From contig NIVC01000364.1 in NCBI GenBank assembly GCA_002269645.1, forward strand, positions 1 through 64,000: a DNA stretch of 64,000 nucleotides. The letters are read 5' to 3'. Of the stretch, positions 45,822 through 58,219 are shown piece after piece (position 1 is the stretch's first letter; every line of letters starts with the position of its first letter). The position numbers and the translations under genes are program-made. This DNA is from Macrostomum lignano (taxonomy: Eukaryota). The notes under the pieces are model-generated. The model saw only the letters and a list, made by a program, of their open reading frames with translations. It did not search any database and was not told where the DNA came from.

Positions 45822-48800
45822 TTAGTACAGCCAATGCACTGGCAGCCATTGGTGCTCGGTGGTCAGGGACTCCAGCACGGCTTCCAACTGTTCGTAGCAG
45901 CTGTCAAAATTGTCGCAGATGAGCACGGAGTCGAACAGGTGCCGATAGGTTCGCTCAATGTGAATAGACTGCTGGATTGACTTGCGAAAGTCTTCGTCCT
46001 GGAGTTTATAACAGAATTGCATCAGCAAATAATAGCTTTTTATAGATAATTGGACTGGAAGCAGACAAAGCACCAATCATATCAACCAGCGACCTCTATG
46101 GACACGTGGACTGGAAGCAAACTCAGCACCAATCATAAATCTACCAGGGACCTCTCTAGATACTTGGACTGGAAGCAGACTCAGCACACATCATAAATCA
46201 ACCAGGGACCTCTCTAGATATCTGGACTGGAAGCAGACTCAGCACTGATCATAAATCAACCAGAGACCTCTCTGGATACCTGGACTGGAAACCGACAAAG
46301 CACCAATCCTAAATCCACCAAGAACCATTCTTGATACCTGGATCAAAAGCAGATTAGCACCAATCCTATATCCACCAGGGACCCCTAGATTACCTAGACT
46401 AGAAGCAGCATAGAACACATTAAAATCTACCAGGTACTTCTGGATCCTGGTTTCTACTCCAATTTTCAGAGGTCCGTGTATATTTATAATTACTCACCCG
46501 TTTGAAGTTATTAGTGAGCCCGAGCGAGCTGCCCAGCTCGTACATGGACTTCATGCAGTCGAAACTGGGCGCGGCAATGAACACAACGTACGGCTTGAAC
46601 TCCGCTGTGCAAACCTGGCGGGCTCGGTCCGGCGCGCAGTCAACTAGCAGAGTGCGGTCCTGCGGACGGGAGTGGATTGCTAGTCTAGCGCTGTTCGTTC
46701 TGTATTATAATGGATTGCTAGTCTAGCGCTGTTCGTTCTGTATTATAATGGATTGCTAGTCTAGCGCTGTTCGTTCTGTATTATAATGGATTGCTAGTCT
46801 AGCGCTGTTCGTTCTGTATTATAATGGATTGCTAGTCTAGCGCTGTTCGTTCTGTATTATAATGGATTGCTAGTCTAGCGCTGTTCGTTCTGTATTACAA
46901 TGGATTGCTAGCCTATCTCTATAGCACCAGAATAGAATGGATTGCTAATCTATCTCTATTGCACCCGAATAGAATGGATTGCTAATCTATCTCTTATAGC
47001 AAGCGATTAAAATGGATTGCTAATCTATCTCTCTAGCAAGCGATTAGAATGGATCGCTAATCTATCTCTTATAGCAAGCGAATAGAATGGATTGCTAATC
47101 TATCTCTATCACACCCGATTAGAATGGATTGCTAATCTATCTCTATCACACCCGATTAGAATGGATTGCTAATCTATCTCTATCACACCTGATTAGAATG
47201 GATTGCTAATCTATCTCTATCACACCCGATTAGAATGGATTGCTAATCTATCTCTATCACACCCGATTAGAATGGATTGCTAATCTATCTCTATCACACC
47301 CGATTAGAATGGATTGCTAATCTATCTCTATCACACCCGATTAGAATGGATTGCTAATCTATCTCTATCACACCCGATTAGAATGGATTGCTAATCTATC
47401 TCTATCACACCCGATTAGAATGGATTGCTAATCTATCTCTATCACACCCGATTAGAATGGATTGCTAATCTATCTCTATCACACCCGATTAGAATGGATT
47501 GCTAATCTATCTCTATCACACCCGATTAGAATGGATTGCTAATCTATCTCTATCACACCCGATTAGAATGGATTGCTAATCTTTCTATATCACACCCGAT
47601 TAGAATGGATTGCTAATCTTTCTATATCACACCCGATTAGAATGGATTGCTAATCTATCTCTATCACACCCGATTAGAATGGATTGCTAATCTTTCTATA
47701 TCACACCCGATTAGAATGGATTGCTAATCTATCTCTATCACACCCGATTAGAATGGATTGCTAATCTATCTCTATCACACCCGATTAGAATGGATTGCTA
47801 ATCTATCTCTATCACACCCGATTAGAATGGATTGCTAATCTTTCTATATCACACCCGATTAGAATGGATTGCTAATCTTTCTATATCACACCCGATTAGA
47901 ATGGATTGCTAATCTATCTCTATCACACCCGATTAGAATGGATTGCTAATCTATCTCTATCACACCCGATTAGAATGGATTGCTAATCTATCTCTATCAC
48001 ACCCGATTAGAATGGATTGCTAATCTATCTCTATCACACCCGATTAGAATGGATTGCTAATCTATCTCTATCACACCCGATTAGAATGGATTGCTAATCT
48101 ATCTCTATCACACCCGATTAGAATGGATTGCTAATCTATGCAGAAACAAAAAAGCCGTTGACCATCGCACCTGCTTGGCCATGGAGCGCAGCGTGTCGAT
48201 CTTGATGCCGTACATGGAGCCGTTGAGCTGGCCGTATTCCAGATACGCACCCTTGTGCACGTCCACCTCCATCTCCTGCTGCCCGGCGAACAGGTACCTC
48301 TCGCCGTTGACTTCGCCCTGCCTTGGCGGCCGGCTGGTGTGCGGAATGGGCCTGGCGTAGGTCTCCGGATGGTGCTTGATCAGCTGGGTGATTAGGGACG
48401 CTTTGCCAACGCCGGGCGCGCCTAGCAACAGAATCAGGGAGCGACGAAACGGCGGCACCCGAGCCACCTCCTGGTAGATGGTCAGGTCGGACCGCTGAAA
48501 TGACTGGGCCACGTTGGCCTTGTAGGCAACTCGAACCGTCTTCTTCTTCTTAGCCAGGCCGAGGCCCATCACCTTGTAGTTGATGGCGTCCTTGTCCGGC
48601 GTGGACTGCAAGAAGGCCGTCCGGCGCTCCTGCAGCGTCAGCGAGGGGATCAGGCCGGCCCGGCCGGAGTTATCCCAGCGCCTGGCCTGCCACCAGTTCG
48701 GATCCTCCTGCGATAGCACCTGCAGAACGTCGCCAACAGTGAATTTTAGGCCGGCCTCTTTGCAGGGGATCAAGCCGTCGTACTGGGGATCGTAGGAGAA

Positions 48801-51800
48801 CAGCGCCTTCACGTAGGTCTGCGGGGAGTCGGTGAGAGACGGAGTGGCTAGTCCTCGCGCCTGACTACTTATTGTGAGTAGTCAGTCTAACACTTTGTCT
48901 AGCTATAGTAGTACGAATAACTGGGATGAATTCTTTCCTACTACTTGTGAGTAGTAGGGTGACTTCTTCCCTTGGTACTACTTGTGAGTAGTAGGGCGAA
49001 TTCTTGCCTTGGTACTACTTGTGAGTAGTAGGGCGAATTCTTCCCTTGGTACTACTTGTGAGTAGTAGGGCGAATTCTTGCCTTGGTACTACTTGTGAGT
49101 AGTAGGGCGAATTCTTGCCTTGGCACTACTTGTGAGTAGTAGAGTGAATTCTTGCCTTGGTACTACTTGTGAGTAGTAGGGCGAATTATTGTCTGGGTAC
49201 TACTTGTATGTACACATCGTTGGAATACATGAAAAAAAAAATTACAACACAGAAATATAATCAAAATTTCTAACATCATTTGAGATTTTACACTAATAAA
49301 ATAAAATAGAATATCCAAATACCGCAAAGTAATGTATGAATTTATGTAGTCTCTGACGGCTAAGAAACTGCAGCGAGCGGGTTTGACAACAAAAGAAAAG
49401 AGGATGTGAACTTAAGCGCGATTTGGAAGCCGTGAGTCCAGCAACCAAACCGCTGCGAAATTCTCACTATTCAGACCCAAAATAGACAAGAAAAGCGTAA
49501 TTGATCTTTCTTCCACCCCGGCCGCTTCCGCATAGGACAAATGGGGAAAAATGGGGATTTCATGTGAACTTAAGGCTCTGAAATGGAAGCGGTGGCCGAT
49601 TGAGCCGGTTTCTCTATCGGATCTCTCTACTGGACCGACAATGAGAGAAGAATCGTCGAAAACCGCATCTCTCTATCATTTGGTCTCCCTGAATGGGATA
49701 AATGGGGAAAAATGGGGATTTCATGTGAACTTAAGGCTCTGAAATGGAAGCGGTGGCCGATTGAGCCGGTTTCTCTATCGGATCTCTCTACTGGACCGAC
49801 AATGAGAGAAGAATCGTCGAAAACCGCATCTCTCTATCATTTGGTCTCCCTGAATGGGATAAATGGGGAAAAATGGGGATTTCATGTGAACTTAAGGCTC
49901 TGAAATGGAAGCGGTGGCCGATTGAGCCGGTTTCTCTATCGGATCTCTCTACTGGACCGACAATGAGAGAAGAATCGTCGAAAACCGCATCTCTCTATCA
50001 TTTGGTCTCCCTGAATGGGATAAATGGGGAAAAATGGGGATTTCATGTGAACTTATGGCTCAAAGAATCCAGTCTCGGCTGAGGATCGTCCCGTTCACGG
50101 AAAACTGACTGCTATTGAGTCAAATACCAGTAGGCTGGCAAGGCTTTTCCGCTTTTCTGTTGAGTGCGCGTTCGCCGCAATCAAGCAGAACAGGTGTAAT
50201 AATGAGCGGCATGAGCCATACCAGTGGCAGCAGCCAGCTGAATTCAGTACATCTAGTCGGCTAGATATCATTATCGACAACTGCATTGCCAAATACAACC
50301 GCTCGCACATTGGATTCCCACTGAATAAAAGGCTACCAAAGTCATGGAATGACAGCTCACTTTTTTAGTTTGGTCAGAATTTTACCAGGCGCATGTTTCT
50401 CAGCAACGAATTCGATCCGATTGAAGGTGTGAACTACCTGTGTGACGTGACCCGAACTCCTATCGAAGGGTCGAGGCGCTGGTCACCAGTCGATGTGCTA
50501 GATCCTGAGTCCACAGGCTTTCCTCGAATTGAGATAGAACACCTTCAGGAAGTAAGTGTGGGACCATTTCATGTACAGCAGTCTGAAAGATATCCAAAAC
50601 ATCCAGGTGCAACACACGCTTGAGAATTTCAACGGTGATACGTTGTTAGAGCTTGAAGACCTTGCATCGCAGCTGCCTCAATCGATGCGCTGCTGGAAAT
50701 TCCGGCAAGAACAGCAGGCAAGGAACTGGAAAAAAGAATTCGGCAACTGGCAACCGTCGTGGATATTTATATCCGTTGTGTTTTCGAGGCACACATCTCG
50801 AACATATCGAGTCCTTCTTCGCCTCAGCGATTTACCAAATGGAAACCCTTTTGGATTCCACGATGCCGGTCTAAGGAGGCTACATGCCTACTACTCCTCG
50901 TCCAAAGTGGGTAGCCGAACAGCTGGCTGTGACTGCCATGTAATGACAGTTCTTTTGGTCCTAGGTCATTATGCCTACGACCCAGATTCCTTTCGCCAAC
51001 GATATCCTGAGCGCCGCTTCGAACTCCAACATTCGAAAGACTTATACCTACCTATGAACTTTTGCTTGCCACTACTTGCTCTGTTACATGTACTTTTGCT
51101 TGTTAATATTTGCTCATGCACTTTTGGTTCCCATTATTTGCAAATGCACTGTATTCATACAGTATTAAAATCGTGCATTTTAATATTTCATTAAACCTGT
51201 TCAAAAAAGTCTAATACAGATACTAAAAAGATATTTTAACGTTTAATATATTTACAGAAATCATTAAAACATTCTTCAACATAAAGACTCAAGGCAGCTT
51301 TGCCAGCCTGCTTCATCGGTCAGATTCTCATTGTCGGTCCAGTAGAGAGATCCGATAGAGAAACCGGCTCAATCGGCCACCGCTTCCATTTCAGAGCCTT
51401 AAGTTCACATGAAATCCCCATTTTTCCCCATTTATCCCATTCAGGGAGACCAAATGATAGAGAGATGCGGTTTTCGACGATTCTTCTCTCATTGTCGGTC
51501 CAGTAGAGAGATCCGATAGAGAAACCGGCTCAATCGGCCACCGCTTCCATTTCAGAGCCTTAAGTTCACATGAAATCCCCATTTTTCCCCATTTATCCCA
51601 TTCAGGGAGCCCAAATGATAGAGAGATGCGGTTTTCGACGATTCTTCTCTCATTGTCGGTCCAGTAGAGAGATCTGATAGAGAAACCGGCTCAATCGGCC
51701 ACCGCTTCCATTTCAGAGCCTTAAGTTCACATGAAATCCCCATTTTTCCCCATTTATCCCATTCAGGGAGACCAAATGATAGAGAGATGCGGTTTTCGAC

Positions 51801-54800
51801 GATTCTTCTCTCATTGTCGGTCCAGTAGAGAGATCCGATAGAGAAACCGGCTCAATCGGCCACCGCTTCCATTTCAGAGCCTTAAGTTCACATGAAATCC
51901 CCATTTTTCCCCATTTATCCCATTCAGGGAGACCAAATGATAGAGAGATGCGGTTTTCGACGATTCTTCTCTCATTGTCGGTCCAGTAGAGAGATCCGAT
52001 AGAGAAACCGGCTCAATCGGCCACCGCTTCCATTTCAGAGCCTTAAGTTCACATGAAATCCCCATTTTTCCCCATTTATCCCATTCAGGGAGACCAAATG
52101 ATAGAGAGATGCGGTTTTCGACGATTCTTCTCTCATTGTCGGTCCAGTAGAGAGATCCGATAGAGAAACCGGCTCAATCGGCCACCGCTTCCATTTCAGA
52201 GCCTTAAGTTCACATGAAATCCCCATTTTTCCCCATTTATCCCATTCAGGGAGACCAAATGATAGAGAGATGCGGTTTTCGACGATTCTTCTCTCATTGT
52301 CGGTCCAGTAGAGAGATCCGATAGAGAAACCGGCTCAATCGGCCACCGCTTCCATTTCAGAGCCTTAAGTTCACATGAAATCCCCATTTTTCCCCATTTG
52401 TCCTATGAGGAAGCGGCCGGGGTGGAAGAAAGATCAATTACGCTTTTCTTGTCTATTTTGGGTCTGAATAGTGAGAATTTCGCAGCGGTTTGGTTGCTGG
52501 ACTCACGGCTTCCAAATCGCGCTTAAGTTCACATCCTCTTTGTTGACACAACAACAATAAAATACAACGGCAAGTGCATAATATTTCTTTATAAAATACT
52601 TACGAATGTTTCCTGGAATCGGTTTTTCAAATTAGTACTAGGCTGTCATGTTGGATTCTTATTATTGAACTACTTTGACTTATGGATTGCTAATCTATCC
52701 CAGGAATGCAGGATTGGAGTGGATTGCTAATCTATCCCAGGAATGCAGGATTAGAGTGGATTGCTAATCTATCCCAGGAATGCAGGATTGGAGTGGATTG
52801 CTAATCTATCCCAGGAATGCAGGATTGGAGTGGATTGCTAATCTATCCCAGGAATGCAGGATTGGAGTGGATTGCTAATCTATCCCAGGAATGCAGGATT
52901 AGAATGGATTGCTAATCTATTTCACAAATGCAGGATTAGAGTGGATTGCTAATCTACGAGTATCCCAGGAATGCAGGATTGGAGTGGATTGCTAATCTAT
53001 CCACCAGTATTGCAGATTCTTCCGCAGAAGCAGAAGTTGTTAAGAACTCACCTGGCTGCCCTTGCCGGCCTCATAGAATCCGGAGCGCACCTTGAGGGTG
53101 ACATTGCCGCTGGCCTTGCGCATCACCTGCTGCAGCTTCTCGGGCGAGTCAATCGGAATGCCGTTCACCTCTTTGATGACGTCATAGGGCTTGAGCACGC
53201 CCTGCTGCTCTATACGCGAGCCGGCCATGATACGTTCGACAACAATGTCCAGGCCGCTCTGGCCCGTGTTGTCGTCGTACCACTCGATGGTGCCGACTGT
53301 GATGCCGAGGTCTTCGCCGGGCATCTGGGCGCGATGAGGCAGACGGAAAGAGTGCAGGGGGGGGGAGGAGAAAATGCGCGTCATTGGAAGTTTATCAGCG
53401 AGTCTTGGGTTGAGGGCCAGAAGGGAAGGCATAGAAGGTTTTACGCTCGTAAATGTAGATTTAAATTGGGACTGGAGGTCAAGTCACAGAGATATGGGGA
53501 GGTCTAGTCACAGAGATTTGGGGAGGTCAAGTCACAGAGAGATGGGGAGGTCAAGCAACCGAGAGATTGGGAGGTCAAGTCACAGAGATATGGGGAGGTC
53601 AAGTCACAGAGAGATGGGGAGGTCAAGTCACAGAGAGATGGGTGGTCAAGCAACAGAGAGATGGGGAGGTCAAGCAACAGAGAGATGGGGAGGTCAAGTC
53701 ACAGAGAGATGGGGAGGTCAAGTCACAGAGAGATGGGGAGGTCAAGTCACAGAGAGATGGGGTGGTCAAGTCACAGAGATATGGGGAGGTTAAGTCACAG
53801 AGAGATGGGGATGTCAAGTCACAGAGAGATGGGAAGGTCAAGTCACAGAGAGATGGGGTGGTCAAGCAACAGAGAGATGGGGAGGTCAAGCAACAGAGAG
53901 ATGGGGAGGTCAAGTCACAGAGAGATGGGGTGGTCAAGCAACAGAGAGATGGGGAGGTCAAGTCACAGAGAGATGGGTGGTCAAGCAACAGAGAGATGGG
54001 GAGGTCAAGTAACAGAGAGATGGGGAGGTCAAGTCACAGAGAGATGGGAAGGTCAAGTCACAGAGAGATGGGAAGGTCAAGTCACAGAGAGATGGGGAGG
54101 TCAAGTCACAGAGAGATGGGGAGGTCAAGTCACAGAGAGATGGGGAGGTCAAGTCACAGAGAGATGGGTGGTCAAGCAACAGGGAGAGGAGGGAGGTCAA
54201 GTCACAGAAAGGGAGAGGAGGGAGGTCATGTCACAGAAAGGGAGAGGAGGGGAGGTCAAGTCACAGAAAGGGAGAGGAGGGGAGGTCAAGTCACAGAAAG
54301 GGAGAGGAGGGAGGTCAAGTCACAGAAAGGGAGAGGAGGGAGGTCAAGTCACAGAAAGGGAGAGGAGGGAGGTCAAGTCACAGAAAGGGAGAGGAGGGAG
54401 GTCAAGTCACAGAAAGGGAGAGGAGGGAGGTCATGTCACAGAAAGGGAGAGGAGGGGAGGTCAAGTCACAGAAAGGGAGAGGAGGGGAGGTCAAGTCACA
54501 GAAAGGGAGAGGAGGGGAGGTCAAGTCACAGAAAGGGAGAGGAGGGGAGGTCAAGTCACAGAAAGGGAGAGGAGGGAGGTCAAGTCACACAAAGGGAGAG
54601 GAGGGGAGATCAAGTCACAGAAAGGGAGAGGAGGGGAGGTCAAGTCACAGAAAGGGAGAGGAGGGGAGGTCAAGTCACAGAAAGGGAGAGGAGGGGAGGT
54701 CAAGACAGAGAAAAATGCCTAGATCAGATGAAAGCGGGAAACAATGTCAGCAGATGCTCTGGCAAAGAGACGGCAGCCCTGCCTACAAACCTTGGCAAAG

Positions 54801-56173
54801 GCGACCATCTTCTGAGGCCTGTCGAACTCGTCCAGATCGTCCATCATGGGGTCGCCTGTCGGCTGCGGCTGCAGTGTTTGCGCCGCGCCAAACGCGTCGT
54901 CGTCGTTGCCGTCGGAGAAGACGGGGGTCGCAGCCGAAGCTGCCCGGCCAGACAGCGGCCCAGGCGACTCGGCCGAAGCTCCGCCGACCGCCGACTCGTG
55001 CAGGCCGGCCGAGGCGGCGGCGACTTCGTCGTTCTCGGCGTTTCGCGCCTTCCTCAACCGGTCGCCCTCGTAGTTCCGGTGCCCGATGTCTTCTAGAGCT
55101 TCAACGAAGGTGTTGAGCCGGCCGGAGGCCAGCAACTCGTAGAGGTCGTTGGCTTCGTCGTCTGTGGCCGCGACAGTCTCCAGCTGCTCCAGGGTGTCGT
55201 GCAGCGAGCGCACGTACTCAGTCTGCGATACGCCTGCGGTGGATGAATGGAATGTGAGCTTTAAATTAGTCGCAATCTTCCCTAGGTGGCGTACACAGAA
55301 TCTGCTTTGGGTGGATGGGGCGCCAATCCTCAGGACGTGTTTTTGGGGCGCCACTGTCTCTTGGAGGGCGCCCCTGTCTCTTGGAGGGCGCCCCTGTCTC
55401 TTGGTGGGCGCCCCTGTCTCTTGGAGGGCGCCCCTGTCTCTTGGTGGGCGCCACTGTCTCTTTGTGGGCGCCACTGACTCTTGCTGGGCGCCACCGTCTC
55501 TTGCTGGGCGCCACTGACTCTTGCTGGGCACCACTGACTCTTGCTGGGCGCCATCGTCTCTTGCTGAGCGCCACTGACTCTTGCTGGGCGCCACCGTCTC
55601 TTGCTGGGCGCCACCGTCTCTTGCTGGGCGCCACTGTCTCTTGGAGGGCGCCCCTGTCTCTTGGTGGGCGCCACTGTCTCTTTGTGGGCGCTCCTGTCTC
55701 TTGGTGGGCGCCACTGTCTCTTGCTGGGCGCCCCTGTCTCTTAGTGGACGCCACTTAACTCTTGCTGGGAGTCACTGTCTCTTGCTGGGCGCCACCGTCT
55801 CTTGCTGGGCGTCACTGTCTCTTGGATGCTTAAGATACGCGACTGACTCTTGCTGGGCTAGAATGACTAAAAAATCAAATTCAAAAATAAAATCAAACAA
55901 ATCGTCATCTTCCTTACCTGGAAACGCTTCGCTGTCGGGTCCGGCCTTGCGGCGCTGCTTCTGAAGCCGCTTGAGGCTGTCGTGCATGGCCAACAGGCTG
56001 CGCAGGTCGCCGCCTTGAAGAAAGTTGGACAGCTCATGCACCTCCGGCTCGCCTTCGAAGTGCTGCTCGAGGCGCTCGCTCAGCTCGCCGAGGTTTCGAG
56101 CCGACTTTGAAGCCCGCGGCTTTGAAGGCTTCGGCGGCTTTGGTGGCTTGGGCGGCGGTGGTGGCGGTGGCAT
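45822..56173 (-). CDS. MAGUK p55-subfamily scaffold (L27-L27-PDZ-SH3-HOOK-GuK), MPP2/MPP6(PALS2)/varicose-like; exons 56173-55918, 55233-54791, 53324-53052, 48818-48171, 46659-46498, 45998-45822 (1959 nt, 652 aa)
   Basis: PDZ (LGITV...VVERIMAG...DVIKEVNG), SH3 (YVKALFSYDP...AGLKFTVGDVLQV...DPNWWQA...AGLIPS) and GuK (LILLLGAPGVGK...PIPHTSRPPRQGEVNGERYLF...YLEYGQLNGSMYG) motifs. The C-terminus QWLPVHWLY resembles QWVPVSWVY of MPP2/6. GT-AG introns with consistent phases (1,0,0,0,0). Confidence 0.93.
46055..46440. repeat. Degenerate ~60-bp repeat (GGACTGGAAGCAGAC...) in MPP last intron
   Basis: Direct reading. Confidence 0.8.
46670..48138. repeat. 38-bp then 37-bp minisatellites with TGGATTGCTA(G/A)TCTA core (MPP intron 4)
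   Basis: Units GATTGCTAGTCTAGCGCTGTTCGTTCTGTATTATAATG and GATTGCTAATCTATCTCTATCACACCCGATTAGAATG. Confidence 0.97.
48915..49210. repeat. 37-bp repeat with internal hairpin TACTAC-TTGTGA-GTAGTA
   Basis: Direct reading. Confidence 0.9.
49540..50054. repeat. 161-bp subterminal tandem repeat, ~3 copies (left TIR)
   Basis: Identical ORF-track peptides at 49551, 49712 and 49873 (period 161). Confidence 0.95.
50057..51056 (+). pseudogene. C-terminal half of a DDE_Tnp_4-type transposase with SWIM-like zinc finger; stop at ~50366 and frameshift ~50585
   Basis: LTAIESNTSRLARLFRFSVECAFAAIKQ matches the LT.EEAN.SR.V...RW.VE...G.IK motif around the third catalytic residue. SRHTSRTYRV...SKVGSRTAGCDCHVMTVLLVLG matches a degenerate SWIM motif. 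Confidence 0.7.
51322..52398. repeat. 161-bp subterminal tandem repeat, ~6.5 copies, inverted (right TIR)
   Basis: Identical minus-strand peptides spaced 161 bp apart from 51391 to 52387. Confidence 0.95.
52680..53002. repeat. 37-bp repeat GATTGCTAATCTATCCCAGGAATGCAGGATTGGAGTG
   Basis: Direct reading. Confidence 0.93.
53475..54705. repeat. 24-27-bp satellite GAGGTCAAGTCACAGAGAGATGGG / ...AAAGGGAGAGGAGG (MPP intron 2)
   Basis: Direct reading. Confidence 0.96.
55340..55858. repeat. 20-bp repeat GGCGCCACTGTCTCTTGCTG (MPP intron 1)
   Basis: Direct reading. Confidence 0.95.
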
Positions 56174-58219
56174 GTCTGGGAGTAACACAGCTAGCTGTTT
56201 TGTGTGCACTTGGCTGTCTTAATTACTAGTCTGGTTGAAGTTTTCTGCAGCCCTTGTACAAAGGCACTCAGTTTTGTTGAAATATAAGATTCAAATTATG
56301 AAACCTCCCACTGAAAAGTGTGTTCAGAGTATAACTTATCAATCTTATAGTGTTTAATCTAAGAAGTGATAAAACTTACTAACAACTATTTTAAATACTA
56401 ATTTTATTGGCTTATATAGTAGTTAAAAACAAACAAAAAGCCTATTTGTAAGTGGCAAAGCCACAAAATCATTTGTTTCTTAGCATCTATAAGCTTTTAA
56501 ATTTTTAATTATATAAACTAACTCAAAAAAGTGTTTCTGGAGACAGGAAACTTTAAAAGATGTTTGTTAGTTAGGTAAATAAATTAGGAAATACTATTTC
56601 CTGCTCATTTTTATAAAATTATTTGCTTGTTGTTGGGAACACCACAATTAACTATCAGTACAGAATGCTAAAATTCACAGTTTCTTCCAAAATTTTGGAG
56701 TGCTGCTAGGGACTTAAATTAAGTACTTTAAGTAGGCAAAGTATATATGATGAAATAAAAAAATTATAAAAAAATGGATATAAAAAACTAGTTAAACCAT
56801 TTTTTGTTACTCATTATAATGTAGGCTATAATTTACTTTTTGCTTCTACTTTATTAGAGGAAGTGTACTTTCGCACCTATTTCATATTTGGGGACCAAGG
56901 GATCTGTATAACAACTTAGTTTTTTGTTTCTTTTGATTTCTCATTCTGCTGTGCAAACTTTTGAGGTATGATAAAGACGATGGAATGAGTTCAATCGCTC
57001 AAATGTTTGTGGCTATTTACTAAAAATAGTATTACGAGAACCGCAATCGGCTAATGCAGTAACCTGTTTTACACTGAAAGAGAGTTGAATTCAAATAACT
57101 AAAAATTTCTCGGACCTTTAAATTTCGCGGAAGTAATATTCAAGTGAAAATTTAATTTTGGTGGTGAAACATAACTATTTGTATTTTCACTATACTATTC
57201 GACCATAAATTAGTAAAGAAAAAGTATTTATGCCTAAATTTTTCTCAAAATAAGAGGCTATTCAGAGAATCATATACTAATTTAATACAAAGATTTGCTT
57301 AACACAACAGTCCGCGAATTGTTAGCATTAACACCCAGTTACTTTTTAAATTGGCTTTTTGTGGATCTTTTTGACTTGAAACTAAATCGACTGCTACTGC
57401 CTACTGCTACATAACATAATTAATACTCTACGACTACATTTAGCCTAGATTACCTTAAAAAATTTAAATCTCTTTTAGTTCGCCCATCATAAATATTTGT
57501 ATTTTTACTATACTATTCTTGTAACTGATTTCGATTTGCCTTTAATGTAACTGCTTCATTTTCACCCCCTTAAAATGTAACTTATTATCAGTGAATCCTC
57601 GTTGCCAAAGCAAAACGTATAGCACAATGATTTTCAATACAAATATTTAGAAAGCGGAGGCTTAACACCTTCAGAACACTTTTTGGAATTAAAAAGACAT
57701 TAATAATATTGTATGTTTTACCAAGATACCACGTTTAATGTAGATGTTTTCCTAACAAGCATTAGTGCAATCAATACTGTCGCAATATGATAGCTCGAAT
57801 ATAGATATGTTCGTTTCTTTAAACAGAGGGCTCTGACATAAAAAAACTGTACTTAAAATACAATGAAAATGATTTTACATTTTTTTAAGATTAATTTTAG
57901 TTATATAAATATATTAACACTTTTTCTTGTTAACACAGGGAGTGTAATTTTTTTAATTTTAGGGTTTAATATTGTGTTGTTTAAAGTCCTTTTAGGTTTA
58001 TTCAACAAAAAATAACTTCATAGCAAGTAAAAAACTGCATGCTTTAATTCAGATTTTTTATACCAACTAAATATTACTTGCTTTTTGGGTGCCACTTTAA
58101 AGTTCATTATCTCATAAAAATTGTATTACTATGTAAATCCTTTTTAGTGATGAATTTTGAACAAAAGAATATTTATGCTTACTCTAAAGTAACTTTTCAA
58201 ACGTCAAAAATTTCTGATC

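Larger units (their letters stand above)
49400..52538 (+). mobile_element. Spy-like (PHIS group) DNA transposon, internally deleted, in MPP intron 3
   Basis: Inverted termini GAGGATGTGAACTTAAGCGCG...CGCGCTTAAGTTCACATCCTC, with the inverted match extending ~650 bp. Flanks are AAA on the left and TTT on the right, no TSD. It carries a broken internal transposase remnant. Confidence 0.85.

Noticed and set aside
46670-48138. CRISPR-like array (37-bp repeats with a palindromic core)
   Set aside because: Units are contiguous and near-identical with no unique spacers. There are no cas genes, and the context is a eukaryotic intron.
49551-52387. Nine copies of a 63-aa MGISCELK... ORF as a tandem gene family
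   Set aside because: Each is simply the 161-bp TIR repeat unit (period not a multiple of 3; copies overlap).
53374-55758. 509-aa, 353-aa and similar R/G/E-rich ORFs
   Set aside because: Satellite translations or antisense to MPP exons. Only 55233-54791 is coding.
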